Notes: a model not told the origin generated them from the letters alone. DNA of 64,000 bases from an uncultured Spirochaetota bacterium (GCA_963734495.1 CAVTHK010000016.1:96001-160000); one strand, 5' to 3'; counted from the stretch's first letter, positions 40,002-51,439 are shown. Program-made: numbers and translations.

Positions 40002-40547
40002 CTATCGCGATCTCACGATACGCTTCAGCAATCCGGCTACATCCTGCGTTACCTTGGCGAGGTCCTCTGCATTCGGCCGTCCACGTATGTCACCCAAGGG
40101 ACCCATGGTACTGAATTCCTCAGAGCCGTGAAACTCGCCAACGATGCACCAATCATCCACGACCGTGAAACCCAGGTGGGCGAAGTACTGACCTGCATAC
40201 TTGCATGCCGGTAGGGCTTCGTCGATCCCGGTGTGCGGTCCGGAGTAGGTGCAGAATATGAGCGCATTCTTTCCGGGTACCTTCGGGGCGGACGTCTTTA
40301 TGCGGTCCATCCTGCGGTACTCCGCAAATTTCTCCTTGAGAAGTCTATCCACCGGCCCCGGCGGCGACCACTGATAGGCAGGAAATCCGAGGCAAACGAG
40401 ATCATAGGAGAACCAGTCAAGGTCGCGGGCTTCCTCCGCTTTCTTGCAGGTCACTCGTGCGCCGTCACCCTCGAGGCTTGACTTGATTGCCAAAGCAACT
40501 TTCTCAGTATTGCCAGTCTTGGACCAGTAGATGACAGCCGCGTCCAT
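40002..40547 (-). CDS. Flavodoxin-like protein
   Basis: IYWSKTGNTEKVA FMN-binding loop; FCTYSG and GRPNAEDL. Confidence 0.85.
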   Translation of the reverse strand: MDAAVIYWSKTGNTEKVALAIKSSLEGDGARVTCKKAEEARDLDWFSYDLVCLGFPAYQWSPPGPVDRLLKEKFAEYRRMDRIKTSAPKVPGKNALIFCTYSGPHTGIDEALPACKYAGQYFAHLGFTVVDDWCIVGEFHGSEEFSTMGPLGDIRGRPNAEDLAKVTQDVAGLLKRIVRSR

Positions 40548-40813
40548 GAGGACTCCTTGAGGCCCTGGCGGCCCCCGTGACATCAGCTCCGGTCGTGGGT
40601 CGGTCGTGCTCCTCTCAGATGGTTGCTCTCGATGGCTTCTTGCACTATATACCGGTGCGGTGGCTCTCGCGAGTAGCGGCGCGGGACATGCCGCGCGATC
40701 GCAGGCCCACTGCGCCTACCGGAAGTGCTCCGCCTTCGTCAGAGGGCCGCCGCGGTTTTCCGCAACAAAGCGCCTGTCTCGCACTACGTCGGGGAGTCAG
40801 CCGGCGAGCCTCG

Positions 40814-41527
40814 CTACCACGGGTACTCTTCGCCCTTGTAGTCGCGCAGCACAAGCCTGTCCTCGTCCTGCCGGCTCAGGAAGTAGGCGAGAGCGTACCC
40901 GGCGGCCTCCTCGGGCTCCAGCGCGGCCGCTTCGTTCTTGTACCCGTGCATGTAGGAGCGCATGAAGCCCGGGTGATACAGGCGGAAGGTGTACCCCTCC
41001 GGCCGCAGGTGGTTGAAGAGGATGCTCACCGCCATGTTCAGCGCCGTCTTCGACATGCAGTAGCCGAACCAGGACGTGCGGCGCGAACGGCCGATGCTGC
41101 CGGCCTCGGAGGAGACGAAGCACAGGCGCTTGAGCTCGCTCGCGTCCATCAGCGGCAGCAGCGCCTCGACGACGCGCAGCGGGCCGAGGGTGTTGATGTC
41201 GAACTGGCGGTGCATCTCGGCGTAGTTCTGCGGCTCCCTGATGGTGGGCTTCGAGCTGTCGCTGATGACGCCGGCGTTGTTGATGAGGAGGTCGAGGCGC
41301 TCGGCGTGCTGCGCCACGGTCTTCGCGGCGGCCTGCGTCGATGCGGTGTCGGCCACGTTGAGGGGGACGACGACCAGCCGCTCCGGGGTGCGCTTCTTGA
41401 GCGCGGCCAGGTCGGGCCAGTCGGGCATGAACTGGCCCGCGAAGACCCGCCAGCCCTGCTCCAGCAGCCGAGCCGCAAGCGCGTGCCCCAGGCCCCGATC
41501 GGCCCCCGTGATGAATGCCGTCTGCAT
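40814..41527 (-). CDS. Short-chain dehydrogenase/reductase
   Basis: TGADRGLG, INNAG and YCMSK; its own GGGAGG SD. Confidence 0.9.
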   Translation of the reverse strand: MQTAFITGADRGLGHALAARLLEQGWRVFAGQFMPDWPDLAALKKRTPERLVVVPLNVADTASTQAAAKTVAQHAERLDLLINNAGVISDSSKPTIREPQNYAEMHRQFDINTLGPLRVVEALLPLMDASELKRLCFVSSEAGSIGRSRRTSWFGYCMSKTALNMAVSILFNHLRPEGYTFRLYHPGFMRSYMHGYKNEAAALEPEEAAGYALAYFLSRQDEDRLVLRDYKGEEYPW

Positions 41528-41550
41528 GAGACCTCCCAAACCCCGCGCGA

Positions 41551-43954
41551 TCACGCCTCGAGCGCGATCGCGAGCTGCCCCTTGACGTGCTCGTAGCTCA
41601 GGATCCAGGCGTCGCCCTTGCGCTCGAGGCTCCGAGCTGCGCCGCCCACGCGGGCGCGCAGCCTGCGATCGAACGCCATCTGCCCCGCGGTCCCCGGCGC
41701 CCCCGCGGCCAGGTACTCGCCGCGCGAGCCGCCGCGGGTGACCTGGCTCGTGGTGTAAAGCAGCTTCGCCTCGGGAAGCGGAAGATTCACCCAGAGGAGG
41801 CGGGCTTCCTTCGCCTTCATCTCCAGGTTTCCCATCGTGGGCAGCGACACTTCGTCGGCCCCGAGCCGGAGGCGCAGCGTCGTGCTCGCGTCCTCGCCGA
41901 GGATCGTGGCTGCGGCCAGCAGCGTGGGGCCTCCGCTGCTCCCGCGTGCCGCGACAAAGACGCTGCCGTCGGCGGCGCGCGCCACCCTCCGCACGCCGCA
42001 GCCTTCGACGATCGCCTCGGCAAACAGGCGCTGCGTCGCTTCGGTGAAGAACGCGGGCACCAGGCCGAGCACCGCGATGCTGCCTCCGCCTGCAGCGCAC
42101 CCTGTACGCGACGGGCGCGCCCCCATGGCGCGCGAGCACCGTCGCGCCCGCGGGCGGATCGAAGCACACTACCGGGCTGTCGATGCCCACCTCCCGCTCC
42201 CGCGCCGCGTCGATCATGCGGTAGGTCAGGTCGCCGGCGACCCGCCCGCCTCGCGCGAGAGCGCCGCTGATCCGCTGGCCCGCAAGCTCCGCGAGGCGCG
42301 GGAGCGGCGCGCCGTCGAGGTCCACGGTCGGCACGAGGGGATAGAACAGGACGTCCCCGCCCGCAGCGAGGTGGGCCTCGATGAAGGCGGCGCCCTTCGC
42401 ACTGAGGGTTCCGTTGTTCGGGACGATGAGCAGGCGAGTCTGCGCGCCAGGCTTCCGATTCGGATGGTCGAGGCTCGCGAGCTCGAAGTTGACCGAGAGG
42501 TGAGTGAGCACGCGGCAGAGGTCGATGACGCTCGCGTTCACGCCGCCGGTCAGCTCGGCCGCGTCGGCGGAGCCCGCCCCCGCGAAGCCTCGCGGCATCT
42601 CGATGTGCCGGGCAATCAGCGGCAGGTCGTCGCAGAGACCGATCGTCACGTCGAAGAGCTTCTCGCCCGCGAGGATCTCCGGCTGCCAGCAGTCGACGAA
42701 AGCGTTGACCTCGCGCAGCACTTCGAACGGCCTGTTCCGCTGCCCCTCGTGCCCGAGCGCGGTGTTCCAGTCGTACGAGCCGCCGATCTTCCCGAACCCG
42801 GGCGCCACGCGGCCGTCGTTGTAGACGTAGACCGAGTAGCCGTTCATGCCGGAGCCGATCAGCAGCTTCGTCATGATGTCCCAGTTGTAGGAGCCCACCG
42901 CGCCCGACGGCACCGTGTACCAGGAACCGAGCTCGTAGATCGAAGGCGGCCCCTCGGCCGCCGACATCTTGACCGACTCGATGCGCGCGAGCGTGACGGG
43001 AGCGCCGTTGACGTTCTGCTCGCCGCCGTAGTGGAGGTAGCAGTGGCCGCTGGAGAACATCGGGATCCCCGCGTTCTTCATGAACGCGGCGAACGACGCA
43101 TGGTCGCCTGAGTTCCAGCCCCAGTACCGGTTGATGGGCTCGTTCATGGTGAACGGCAGGTCTAGCCCGAGAGCACGAACGCGATCCGCCAGCCGCCGGA
43201 TGTACTCGTAGACGTGCCACTTCTTGAAGCGCAGCCAGTCGAGCGCAAGCCGGTACTCGTCCGCGCTCCCGGCTTTGCCGGAGACCGGCGGGTCGACAGC
43301 CTGACCGCCGCGCGCGCCCGCGAGCCACCGCTCCCACAATCCGCCCCTGCCGATCACGTGCGGGTCGTACAGCGACCCGGGAACGCCGAAGCTGAAGGTC
43401 AGGTTCGGCTCGTTGTCCACCTGCATGAGGATGATGGGGCCGCCGTTGTCGATGGTGTAGGGCGCGAGCACCTCGATCACGCGCTCGTACCAGCGGAAGA
43501 CGAGGTCGAGGTAGCGCGGGTCGAGCTGGCTCGGGACGAAGCCGCCCTCGATGTCGCAGCGGGCAAAGGCGCCGGAGGCTTCCTTCGATTTTACCTCAGG
43601 GTGCCTTTCGTAGAGCCACAACGGATGGCCGCCGCGCGCGAGCTCGGCGTTCACGTACGGGCCTATGCGCGCGAAGAACCAGAGGCCCTGCTTCTTGACG
43701 AGATCGAGAAAGGCGCCGAGGTCCCGCTCCGGGACTCGATCGCCTTTGAAATCGAAGGCGCCCTCTTCGGGCTCGTGCCACTGCCACGGGATGTACGACG
43801 CAAGGCAGTTGAGCCCACCGTCCCTGGCCGCGGCGATGCGCGCGGACCAGTCGCCGCGCGCCATGCGGAAGTAGTGCATCTCGCCCGATCGCAGGAAGCA
43901 CGGCTTGCCGTCGATCAGGATCTGCCTGCCGCTGAGGGCGACGCGCCTCGCCAT
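41551..43954 (-). CDS. GH35-type beta-galactosidase (frameshift near 42095)
   Basis: SGEMHYFR, YIPW.WHE, ARIGPYVNAE..GG.P and QVDNE; the C-terminus continues in ORF 41551-42126. Confidence 0.85.
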
Positions 43955-43957
43955 CGC

Positions 43958-45286
43958 CTACAGCGCCTCGACCGCGAAGCCGAGCACCTTGCCGACGAGC
44001 TCGATGTCGCCGCGATGGTGCCCCTTGGCGAGGATGTAGTGGTGCGACGCGAGCCTGTCCATGAGGCGCCTGCCGTCGGGCACGCGGATGACCGCGCCGT
44101 TGAGGCAGTCGGAGTCCTTGAACTGCGCGTACCCGACGAGAGCCGCCTCGGTCACGGAGGCCTTGTCGAAAGTGGACTCGAGCTTGGCGAGCGTCACGTC
44201 GCCTTCGGCCATCCGCGCATCGATCGCAGTGGCGTTCTCGTTGACGATGCCGAGGACTTTGCGCTTCAGCGTCCACTCGACGGAGAACGAGCGGGGAAGC
44301 ACCCCGAGGTACCCGCAGTGGGCCGCGAGGATATGGTTCTCGGGCTCCGCGGCGCACGGGCGGGAAGTCGGGGATCTTCTCGTGCTTGAGCGCGGCCTGA
44401 CCCATGAGGAAGGGGTAGAGGTTCGTCATCATCAGCGGGATGCCGAGGGTCTTGTGCAGCACGTGCTTGGTGAGCATCGAGACGGTGTCGCCTTCGCAGC
44501 CCCACATCAGGCCGCGCTCCTCGTAGAGCATGTTCCACGCGAGGCAGGGTGTCGTGTCTGAAAAATGCGACTCGTTGAGGCAGTTTATCCCGACCGCGAC
44601 TACGCCTTCGTCGCCGCCGATCTCCTTTGTCACCGCGAGGTAGACCTTGACGGCGCTCAGCACGCTTTTGTGGGGCATCTGGCCGATCTTCACCTTCGAT
44701 TTCCATTGGGCCCAGGCCTTTTCCGCCTCCGCGTCCGGGATCGCCTGCGCGTCCGCGCCGAGCTTCTTGAAGCTGCGCCGCTCTATGGAGATGCCGAACT
44801 TCTCGAGCATCCGCTGCGTGCACTCCTGCTCCCACCAGTAGAAGCGCTTGAAGATGCTGGCCTGGAAGCCTTCGACCTGGATTGTCCTGGAAGACCAGAA
44901 GGCGGCTCTTGGCAAGGTCTCGCTTGACCGCGAGCGCCTTGCAGAGCGTCTTCGTCTGCTGCGAGGTTGTAAGGGGCGAGCACCTCGACGCCTTTCGAGC
45001 GGAGGTAGCTGTTGATCTCCCAGTCCCACATCGAGACGGTGCCGAACTCCGAGGTCACGACGAGGATGGGGACGCGGATGGAGCGGAAGTCCGCGAGCCT
45101 GCGATAGGCCTCGCCCAGCATCTCCGGGACGACGACGGCGTCGGCCCCTTCGGTCGACGCGCCCAGGGGCCGCGGGGCGAGGAGCTCCGCCTCTTCGCCG
45201 AGCAACCGCTGCAGGACGCCGAGCTGCGTCGCGAACTCCTTGCTCGCCGTCGCGCCAAAGTACACCGGAGCGATCTTCGCCTTCAT
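43958..45286 (-). CDS. L-fucose/L-arabinose isomerase-like protein (several frameshifts)
   Basis: GINC, PCLA, CEGD, AHCG, VTLAKL and HHYIL..GH spread across three ORFs. Confidence 0.6.
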
Positions 45287-45341
45287 CTCTCACCTCCACC
45301 GGACGTCGGGCCGGAGGGCCGACGGATCGGCCGCCGATCTC

Positions 45342-45456
45342 ATTATCAATGCCTGTTGCCGCATGTCAATCACAATCCGCTTAGCTTTCGTTCGTTCACG
45401 AATGATCGTGATTGACCGTCGTTTCTGTTGACGCGCAGAGGATTCGACGCCATAAT
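45342..45456. promoter_or_regulatory. Divergent promoters with an inverted operator-like pair
   Basis: Leftward TTGACA-N16-GATAAT; rightward TTGACG-N17-CATAAT; GTCAATCAC (45365) and GTGATTGAC (45408). Confidence 0.65.
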
Positions 45457-45466
45457 CGCGGCGGAT

Positions 45467-46503
45467 ATGCGAAACGGCAAACTGGGCATCTGCGTGATCG
45501 GCGCGGGTCGCGCCGGGATGATCCACGCGCGCAATTACGCCTCCGGAGTCCGCGGGGCGCAGCTCGTCGCGCTTGTGGATCCGGCGGGCGAGGCGCTCGC
45601 GGCCGCCTGCAAGGAGCTGGAGGTGGCGACGGGCTACCCGGACTATCGCGGCGGCGCTCGCGTCCCGCGACGTCGACGCCGTGGTCGTCGTCGCCCCCAC
45701 GGTGCTCCACCGCGAAATCGTGATCGCGGCCGCGCAGGGCGGGCAAGCACGTCTTCTGCGAGAAGCCGATGGCGATGAACGTGGCGGAGTGCGACGAGAT
45801 GATCGCGGCCTGCAGGTCGGCAAAGGTCAGGCTGCAGATCGGCTTCATGCGCCGCTTCGACCGCGGCCTCCGCGACGTCAAGCGCCGGCTCGACGCGGGC
45901 GAGATCGGCGACGTCGTGCTCGTCAAGTCCATGACCAGGGGGCCGAGCGTGCCGCAGCGCTGGATGCTCGACCTGCGGAAGAGCAACGGCGTCCTCGCCG
46001 AGGTCAACAGCCACGACATCGACACGCTGCGCTGGTACGCGGCGAGCGACGTCGAGGAGGTGAGCGCGATCGCGGGCAACTACCGCTGCCCCGACGCCAG
46101 GACGGAGTTCCCCGATTTCTACGACACGTTCGTCCTGACCGCGCGGTTCGCGAGCGGGGCGCTCGGCTGCATCGACGGCGCCGCCTCCGTCGGCTACGGC
46201 TACGACGCGCGCGTCGAGGTGCTCGGCACGGCCGGCGTCATCCGGGCGGGCGACATCGCCGACGGCTCGGTGACGTCGGTCACCAAGGGCCGCGGCGTCG
46301 CGATGCCCGCCGTGAGCAGCTGGAGGAGCCTCTTCGAGCAGGCCTACCGCGCCGAGGCCGAGGCGTTCGTCCGCTCGGTGCTCGAGGGGTCGGAGCCCGA
46401 GGTCACGGGCTACGACGGAAAGATGGCGGTCGCGGTGGTGAACGCCGGCAACAGGTCGATCGCGGAAAAGAGGGCCGTGAGGCTCGACGAGGTCTCGCGT
46501 TGA
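45467..46503 (+). CDS. Gfo/Idh/MocA family oxidoreductase (frameshifted)
   Basis: VIGAGRAG, CEKPMA, GFMRRFD, HDID and YGYDARVE. Confidence 0.88.
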
Positions 46504-47544
46504 AGGCGGCGCTGCTCCGCGGGCCCGGCGACCTGCGCGTCGAGGAGGTTCCGCAGCCGGAGATCGGACCGGACGAGATCCTGCTCCGCGTGCGCGCTTC
46601 CCACGTCTGCGGCACCGACATCCGGATGTACCGCCACGGCTCCAAGGCGGCGTCGGCCGCGACGCCGCTCGTCCCCGGCCACGAGATCAGCGGCGTGATC
46701 GAGCGGGTGGGGGCGAACGTCGGCGGCTACAGCGCCGGCATGCGGGTGGCCGTGGCCCCGAACATGGGCTGCGGCACGTGCGACATCTGCGCGAGCGGCA
46801 ACACGCAGATGTGCCGCAGCTCCGAGGCGCTCGGCGTCACGCTGCACGGCGGCTTCGCCGAGCTCATGCGCATCCCGGCCGCGGCCGTGGCCCAGGGAAA
46901 CGTCACGCCGATCCCCGACAGCGTCTCCTTCGCGGCCGCCGCGCTCGCCGAGCCCCTCTCGTGCGTCTACAACAGCTTCGAGCGGTGCGCCCTCAAGCCG
47001 GGCGACACGGTGCTCGTCATCGGCGCCGGCCCGATCGGCCTGATGCACGCCCGCGTGCACCTGATGGCGGGCGCTGCCCGTGTGATCATCACCGACCTGA
47101 GCGAGGAGCGCCTCGCCCTCTGCCGCTCGAAGGAGCCGCGGGTCATGACTCTCGGCTCGGAGGGCCTGGAGGGCCGCATCGCCGGGATCACCGGCGGCCG
47201 CGGGGTCGACGTCTGCATCACGGCCTGCTCCGCGGCCTCGGCGCAGCGGCAGGCCTTCGAGCTCGCGGGGCTCAACGGCCGGATCATCTTCTTCGGCGGC
47301 CTTCCCGCCGGCAGCGAGAACGTAAGCCTCAACACCAACCACATCCACTACAAGCAGCTCACGGTCACGGGCACCACGCGCCAGAGCCTCGCGCAGTACA
47401 GGCGCGTGCTCGCGTTGATCGCCGCCGGCCTGATCCCGGTCGACGACCTGATGACGAACGCCTATCGCGCTGGAGGACGTGGCCGAAGCCTACGAGAACG
47501 TCATCGCGGGGACGGGGCTGCGGCACGGGGTGGTCTGGTCGTAG
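46500..47544 (+). CDS. Zn-dependent (sorbitol/threonine DH-like) dehydrogenase (frameshift near 47465)
   Basis: CGTD, GHE, C..C..C.......C and GAGPIG. Confidence 0.9.
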
Positions 47545-47578
47545 TGCGTAGAGAAGGTGCGCGCGGAGGGCGGGCTCC

Positions 47579-49062
47579 ATGGACGGCGTGATCGGCATCG
47601 ACATCGGAACTCAGGGCACGAAGGCGGCCCTGATCGCCGCGGATGGGAGGGTCGTCGCCGAGGCGTTCGTCGCGTCCGATCTCAGGCGCCCGGGTCCCGG
47701 CGTCGTCGAGGAGGACCCGGAGCGTCAGGTCGCGAGCGTGTGCGACACGGTTCGTGAGTGCCTGGCAAAGGCGGGATCGGTCCGCGTCGCCGCGATCGCG
47801 ATCGACGGGCAGATGGCGGGGATCATCGGCGCGGGCCGCGACGGCCTGGCGGTGACGCCATACGACTCCTGGCTGGACACGCGCTGCGGCGCCCTACATG
47901 GAGAAAATGAAGGCTGAAGCCGGCCCCGACATTCTCGCGAAGACGGGCAATGCGCCCTCCATCAATCACGGGCCGAAGAAACTGTGGTGGAAGCACGAGC
48001 ACCCGGAGGTCTACCGCAGGATCGCCGCGTTCGTGCAGCCCGGCGGCTACGCCGCGATGCGGCTCTGCGGCCTCGCCGGGCGACCGCGCGTTCATCGACC
48101 ACACCTACCTGCACTTCTCGGGCTTCGCGGACAACCGTGCGCGGGAGTGGGACCAGGGCCTCTGCCGCCGCTTCGGCCTGGACGCGGCGAAGCTCCCGCG
48201 GATCGCGGATCCCGCCGAGGTCGTCGGCACCGTCACGGCGGAGATGGCGCGCGCGAGCGGCCTCGCGCAGGGGACGCCGGTGGCGGCCGGCTGCGGCGAC
48301 ACCGCGGCGTCGTTCCTCGCCTGCGGCGCGACGGCAGCAGGGGTGTGCATCGACGTCGCCGGCACCGCCAGTGTGTTCGCCGGCACGACGCGCGAGTTCC
48401 GGCCGGACCCGACGGGGGTGCTCGGCGTGGGGAGGTCGGCAGTCCCCGGCCTCTGGCACCCGTATGCGTACATCAACGGCGGCGGCATGAACCTGGAGTG
48501 GTTCCGCACCCAAGTGGCGCGCGGCGCCGGGTTCGCCGAGCTCGAGGATCTCGCGCGCGGCGTCGAGCTCTCCGAGGTGCCGCTCTTCGTGCCGCACATG
48601 GAAGGGCGCGTCTGCCCCGGAAGCCCGCGCATGCGCGGCGCCTTCGCGGACCTGAGCTGGAAGTGCTCGCTCGGCCACCTGTATCGGGCGATCCTCGACA
48701 GCGTCGCCCTGGAGTACGGCCTCTACGCCGGCATCCTCGAGCAGCTCTACCCGCGGGAGCGCGCGAGCGAAGTGCGCGTGACCGGCGGCGGCGAGAAGAG
48801 CGCGCTGTGGAACGAGATCAAGGCCACGGTCGTCGGGGCGCCGGTCGTGCAGATCTCCGGGTCCGTCGGGGCGCCGATGGGGGCCGCGATGGTGGCGGCG
48901 CGCGCGGCGGGGCTCGCCGCGAGCCTCGAAGCCGTGGCCGCGGCGTGGGTCGGGACGGGCGCGCGCTTCGTCCCGCAGGCCGCGGCCCGCGGCCATTACC
49001 GCGACCGGCTCGCGCGGTACAGCCGGCTCGTGGCCGCGGTCGATGCCTTCGCGAAGGAGTGA
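47579..49062 (+). CDS. FGGY family carbohydrate kinase (frameshifted)
   Basis: IGIDIGTQGTKA, WLDTR, GCGD, AGTA and TGGG.KS.LW. Confidence 0.9.
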
Positions 49063-49066
49063 CGCC

Positions 49067-50017
49067 ATGGGCAGCTCGGGTGCGAACGGGGCGCCAAACT
49101 TCTATTTTGTCGGGGTCAGCACTTCCCAATCCTCCATAATGAAGGTCTTCCCCCGGTGGGCCGCGCACCTGCGGCTGGACGCGGCCATCGCGGGGATCGA
49201 CTGCAAGGTGCACGACGATCCCGCCGTCTACCGCGGCGTCGTGGCGCGCATCAAGGAGGACCCTCGCGCTCTCGGCGCACTCGTGACGACCCACAAGATC
49301 GATCTCCTCGCCGCCGCGCGCGACCTCTTCGACGATCTGGACCATCACGCGCAGCTTCTGGGCGAAATCAGCTGCATCTCCAAGCGGGACGGCCGGCTGT
49401 GGGGCCACGCGAAGGACCCCGAGACGAGCGGGCTCTCGCTCGAGGCATTCGTCGAGCCGGGGTACTGGAGCCGCAGTCGCGGCGAGGTGTGCATCCTCGG
49501 GGCCGGCGGGTCGTCGCTGGCGCTCACGACCTACCTCATGAGCCGGCGCTCGCAGGCGGATCGGCCGCGGCGCATCGTGGTGACGAACCGCAGCGAGCCG
49601 AGGCTCGCCGCCATGCGCGCGGTCCACGACAGGGTCAACCCCGGCATCCCGGTCGAGTACATCCACGCGCCGCGGCCCGAGATCAACGACGAGGCCGTCG
49701 GCCGCCTCGCGGCCGGGAGCCTCGTGGTGAACGCCACGGGGCTGGGCAAGGACTCACCCGGGTCTCCGCTCACGGACCGGGCGCGCTTTCCCGAAAACGG
49801 CCTGGTGTGGGAGTTCAATTACCGCGGAAAGCTGGTCTTCCTCGAGCAGGCGGCGGCGCAGAAGGCGGAGCGGCGCCTCACGATCGAGGACGGCTGGACC
49901 TACTTCGTGCACGGGTGGACGCGCGTGATCTCGGAGGTCTTTCACATCGACATCCCCACGAGCGGCCTGGGGTTCGAGGCGCTGAGCAGAATCGCCGCCG
50001 AGTCCCGCTCGCGATAG
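49067..50017 (+). CDS. Divergent shikimate dehydrogenase-like protein
   Basis: LVTTHK, HAKD, LGAGGS, NRS and VNATGLG; lacks the canonical SxSP and NTD motifs. Confidence 0.7.
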   Translation: MGSSGANGAPNFYFVGVSTSQSSIMKVFPRWAAHLRLDAAIAGIDCKVHDDPAVYRGVVARIKEDPRALGALVTTHKIDLLAAARDLFDDLDHHAQLLGEISCISKRDGRLWGHAKDPETSGLSLEAFVEPGYWSRSRGEVCILGAGGSSLALTTYLMSRRSQADRPRRIVVTNRSEPRLAAMRAVHDRVNPGIPVEYIHAPRPEINDEAVGRLAAGSLVVNATGLGKDSPGSPLTDRARFPENGLVWEFNYRGKLVFLEQAAAQKAERRLTIEDGWTYFVHGWTRVISEVFHIDIPTSGLGFEALSRIAAESRSR

Positions 50018-50028
50018 AGGAGAGCAGC

Positions 50029-50616
50029 ATGCCGGGCAGCAACAATCCACTCCTGTCGATGGGGGTCCGCTTCGATCTCGCGAGCGGCCTGTCGCCGGAC
50101 AAGCCTTCGATCCGCAGGAAGCTTTCGGCGATGAAGGGCATGTTCGCCGACGGCCGCGCGTTCGACGCCGCCGTCGCCGGCGGCGATCCCCTGGTCTACG
50201 AGTTCTACGACATGGGGCGGCCGGAGGAGGCGGGCGAGGTGGCTTTCGGGACCAGCATCACGTACCCCGGCAAGGTCGGCGGCGAGTACTTCATGACCAA
50301 GGGGCACTTCCACACCGTGCTGGCGACGGCCGAGGTCTACTACTGCCTGCGGGGCCACGGCTACATGCTGATGGAGAGCCCCGAGGGCGCCTGGGAGGCG
50401 CAGGAGTTCAGGCCCGGCGTCGCGGTCTACATCCCGCCCCGCTACGCGCACCGCAGCGTCAACGTGTCGCCGGCGGAGCCTCTCGTTACGTTCTTCGCCT
50501 TCCGCGGCGACGCCGGCCACGACTACGGCACGATCGAGACCCGGGGCTTCCGCAAGCTGATCGTCGAGCGGAACGGCAGGGCCGAGATCGTCGACAATCC
50601 GAAGTGGAAATCGTGA
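50029..50616 (+). CDS. Cupin-type glucose-6-phosphate isomerase family protein
   Basis: PGKVGGEYFMTKGHFH, E.YY, AHRSVN and AGHDYG. Confidence 0.9.
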   Translation: MPGSNNPLLSMGVRFDLASGLSPDKPSIRRKLSAMKGMFADGRAFDAAVAGGDPLVYEFYDMGRPEEAGEVAFGTSITYPGKVGGEYFMTKGHFHTVLATAEVYYCLRGHGYMLMESPEGAWEAQEFRPGVAVYIPPRYAHRSVNVSPAEPLVTFFAFRGDAGHDYGTIETRGFRKLIVERNGRAEIVDNPKWKS

Positions 50617-50650
50617 GCGCCGGCGCCGCGGGCCGGAGGGGGTGGGAAGC

Positions 50651-51439
50651 ATGGCCGAGGTCGTCTTCGCGGAACAGCGGAAGCTCAAGATCGTCGACTA
50701 CATCGAGCAGCACAGGCAGGCTTCCGTAGCCGAGCTCGTTAACTGTTTCCAGGTGTCCAGCGCGACCATCCGCAACGACCTGCGCGAGCTCTCCGAGGCG
50801 CGCCTGGTGACGCGCACGCACGGCGGCGCGATGGTGCGGTCGCAGACGGCCTTCGAGCTGCAGTCGACCCAGCTCGGGGAGCGGAACGTCGAGGCCAAGA
50901 GGGAGATCGGCCGCCTCGCGGCCGCGATGGTCGAGGAGGGGGACACGGTCCTCATCGACTCAGGCACCACCACGCTGGAGCTGGCGAGAGCTCTTGCGGA
51001 CCGGCGCAACCTCGTCGTCGTGACGAACAGCCTCAGGATCGCCCTCGAGCTCGAGAAGATGGAGTCGATTCAGCTCATCGTCATCGGCGGCATCGTGCGC
51101 AAGGGGTTCCAGTGCACGGTGGGCCTGGCGGGGCGCAACGTGCTGCAGGGGATCACCGTCGACAAAGCGTTCATGGGCACCAACGGGCTCACGCACGAAA
51201 AGGGCGCGTCCACGCCCGACATCAGCCACGCCGAGATCAAGAAGGCGATGATCGCCGCAGCCAAGCAGGTGATCCTGCTTTGCGACGGCAGCAAGCTCGG
51301 CCGCGACTCCTTCGCGCAGTTCGCCTGCCTCGACGACATTGACGTGGTCGTGAGCGAGGCGATGGACCCCGAGTTCCGCAGGCGCCTGGAGGAGAGCGAC
51401 GTGGTCGTGGTCACGCCGCCGGCTGCGGCCGCGGGATAG
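50651..51439 (+). CDS. DeoR/GlpR family transcriptional regulator
   Basis: VS.ATIRNDL, RTHGGA, IDSGTT, VTNS and D.SK. Confidence 0.93.
   Translation: MAEVVFAEQRKLKIVDYIEQHRQASVAELVNCFQVSSATIRNDLRELSEARLVTRTHGGAMVRSQTAFELQSTQLGERNVEAKREIGRLAAAMVEEGDTVLIDSGTTTLELARALADRRNLVVVTNSLRIALELEKMESIQLIVIGGIVRKGFQCTVGLAGRNVLQGITVDKAFMGTNGLTHEKGASTPDISHAEIKKAMIAAAKQVILLCDGSKLGRDSFAQFACLDDIDVVVSEAMDPEFRRRLEESDVVVVTPPAAAAG

Noticed and set aside
40814-43954. 1046-aa GH35-SDR 'fusion' ORF
   Set aside because: A frameshift near 42095 shifts the reading. The real GH35 C-terminus is in ORF 41551-42126, and the SDR has its own SD and ATG at 41527.
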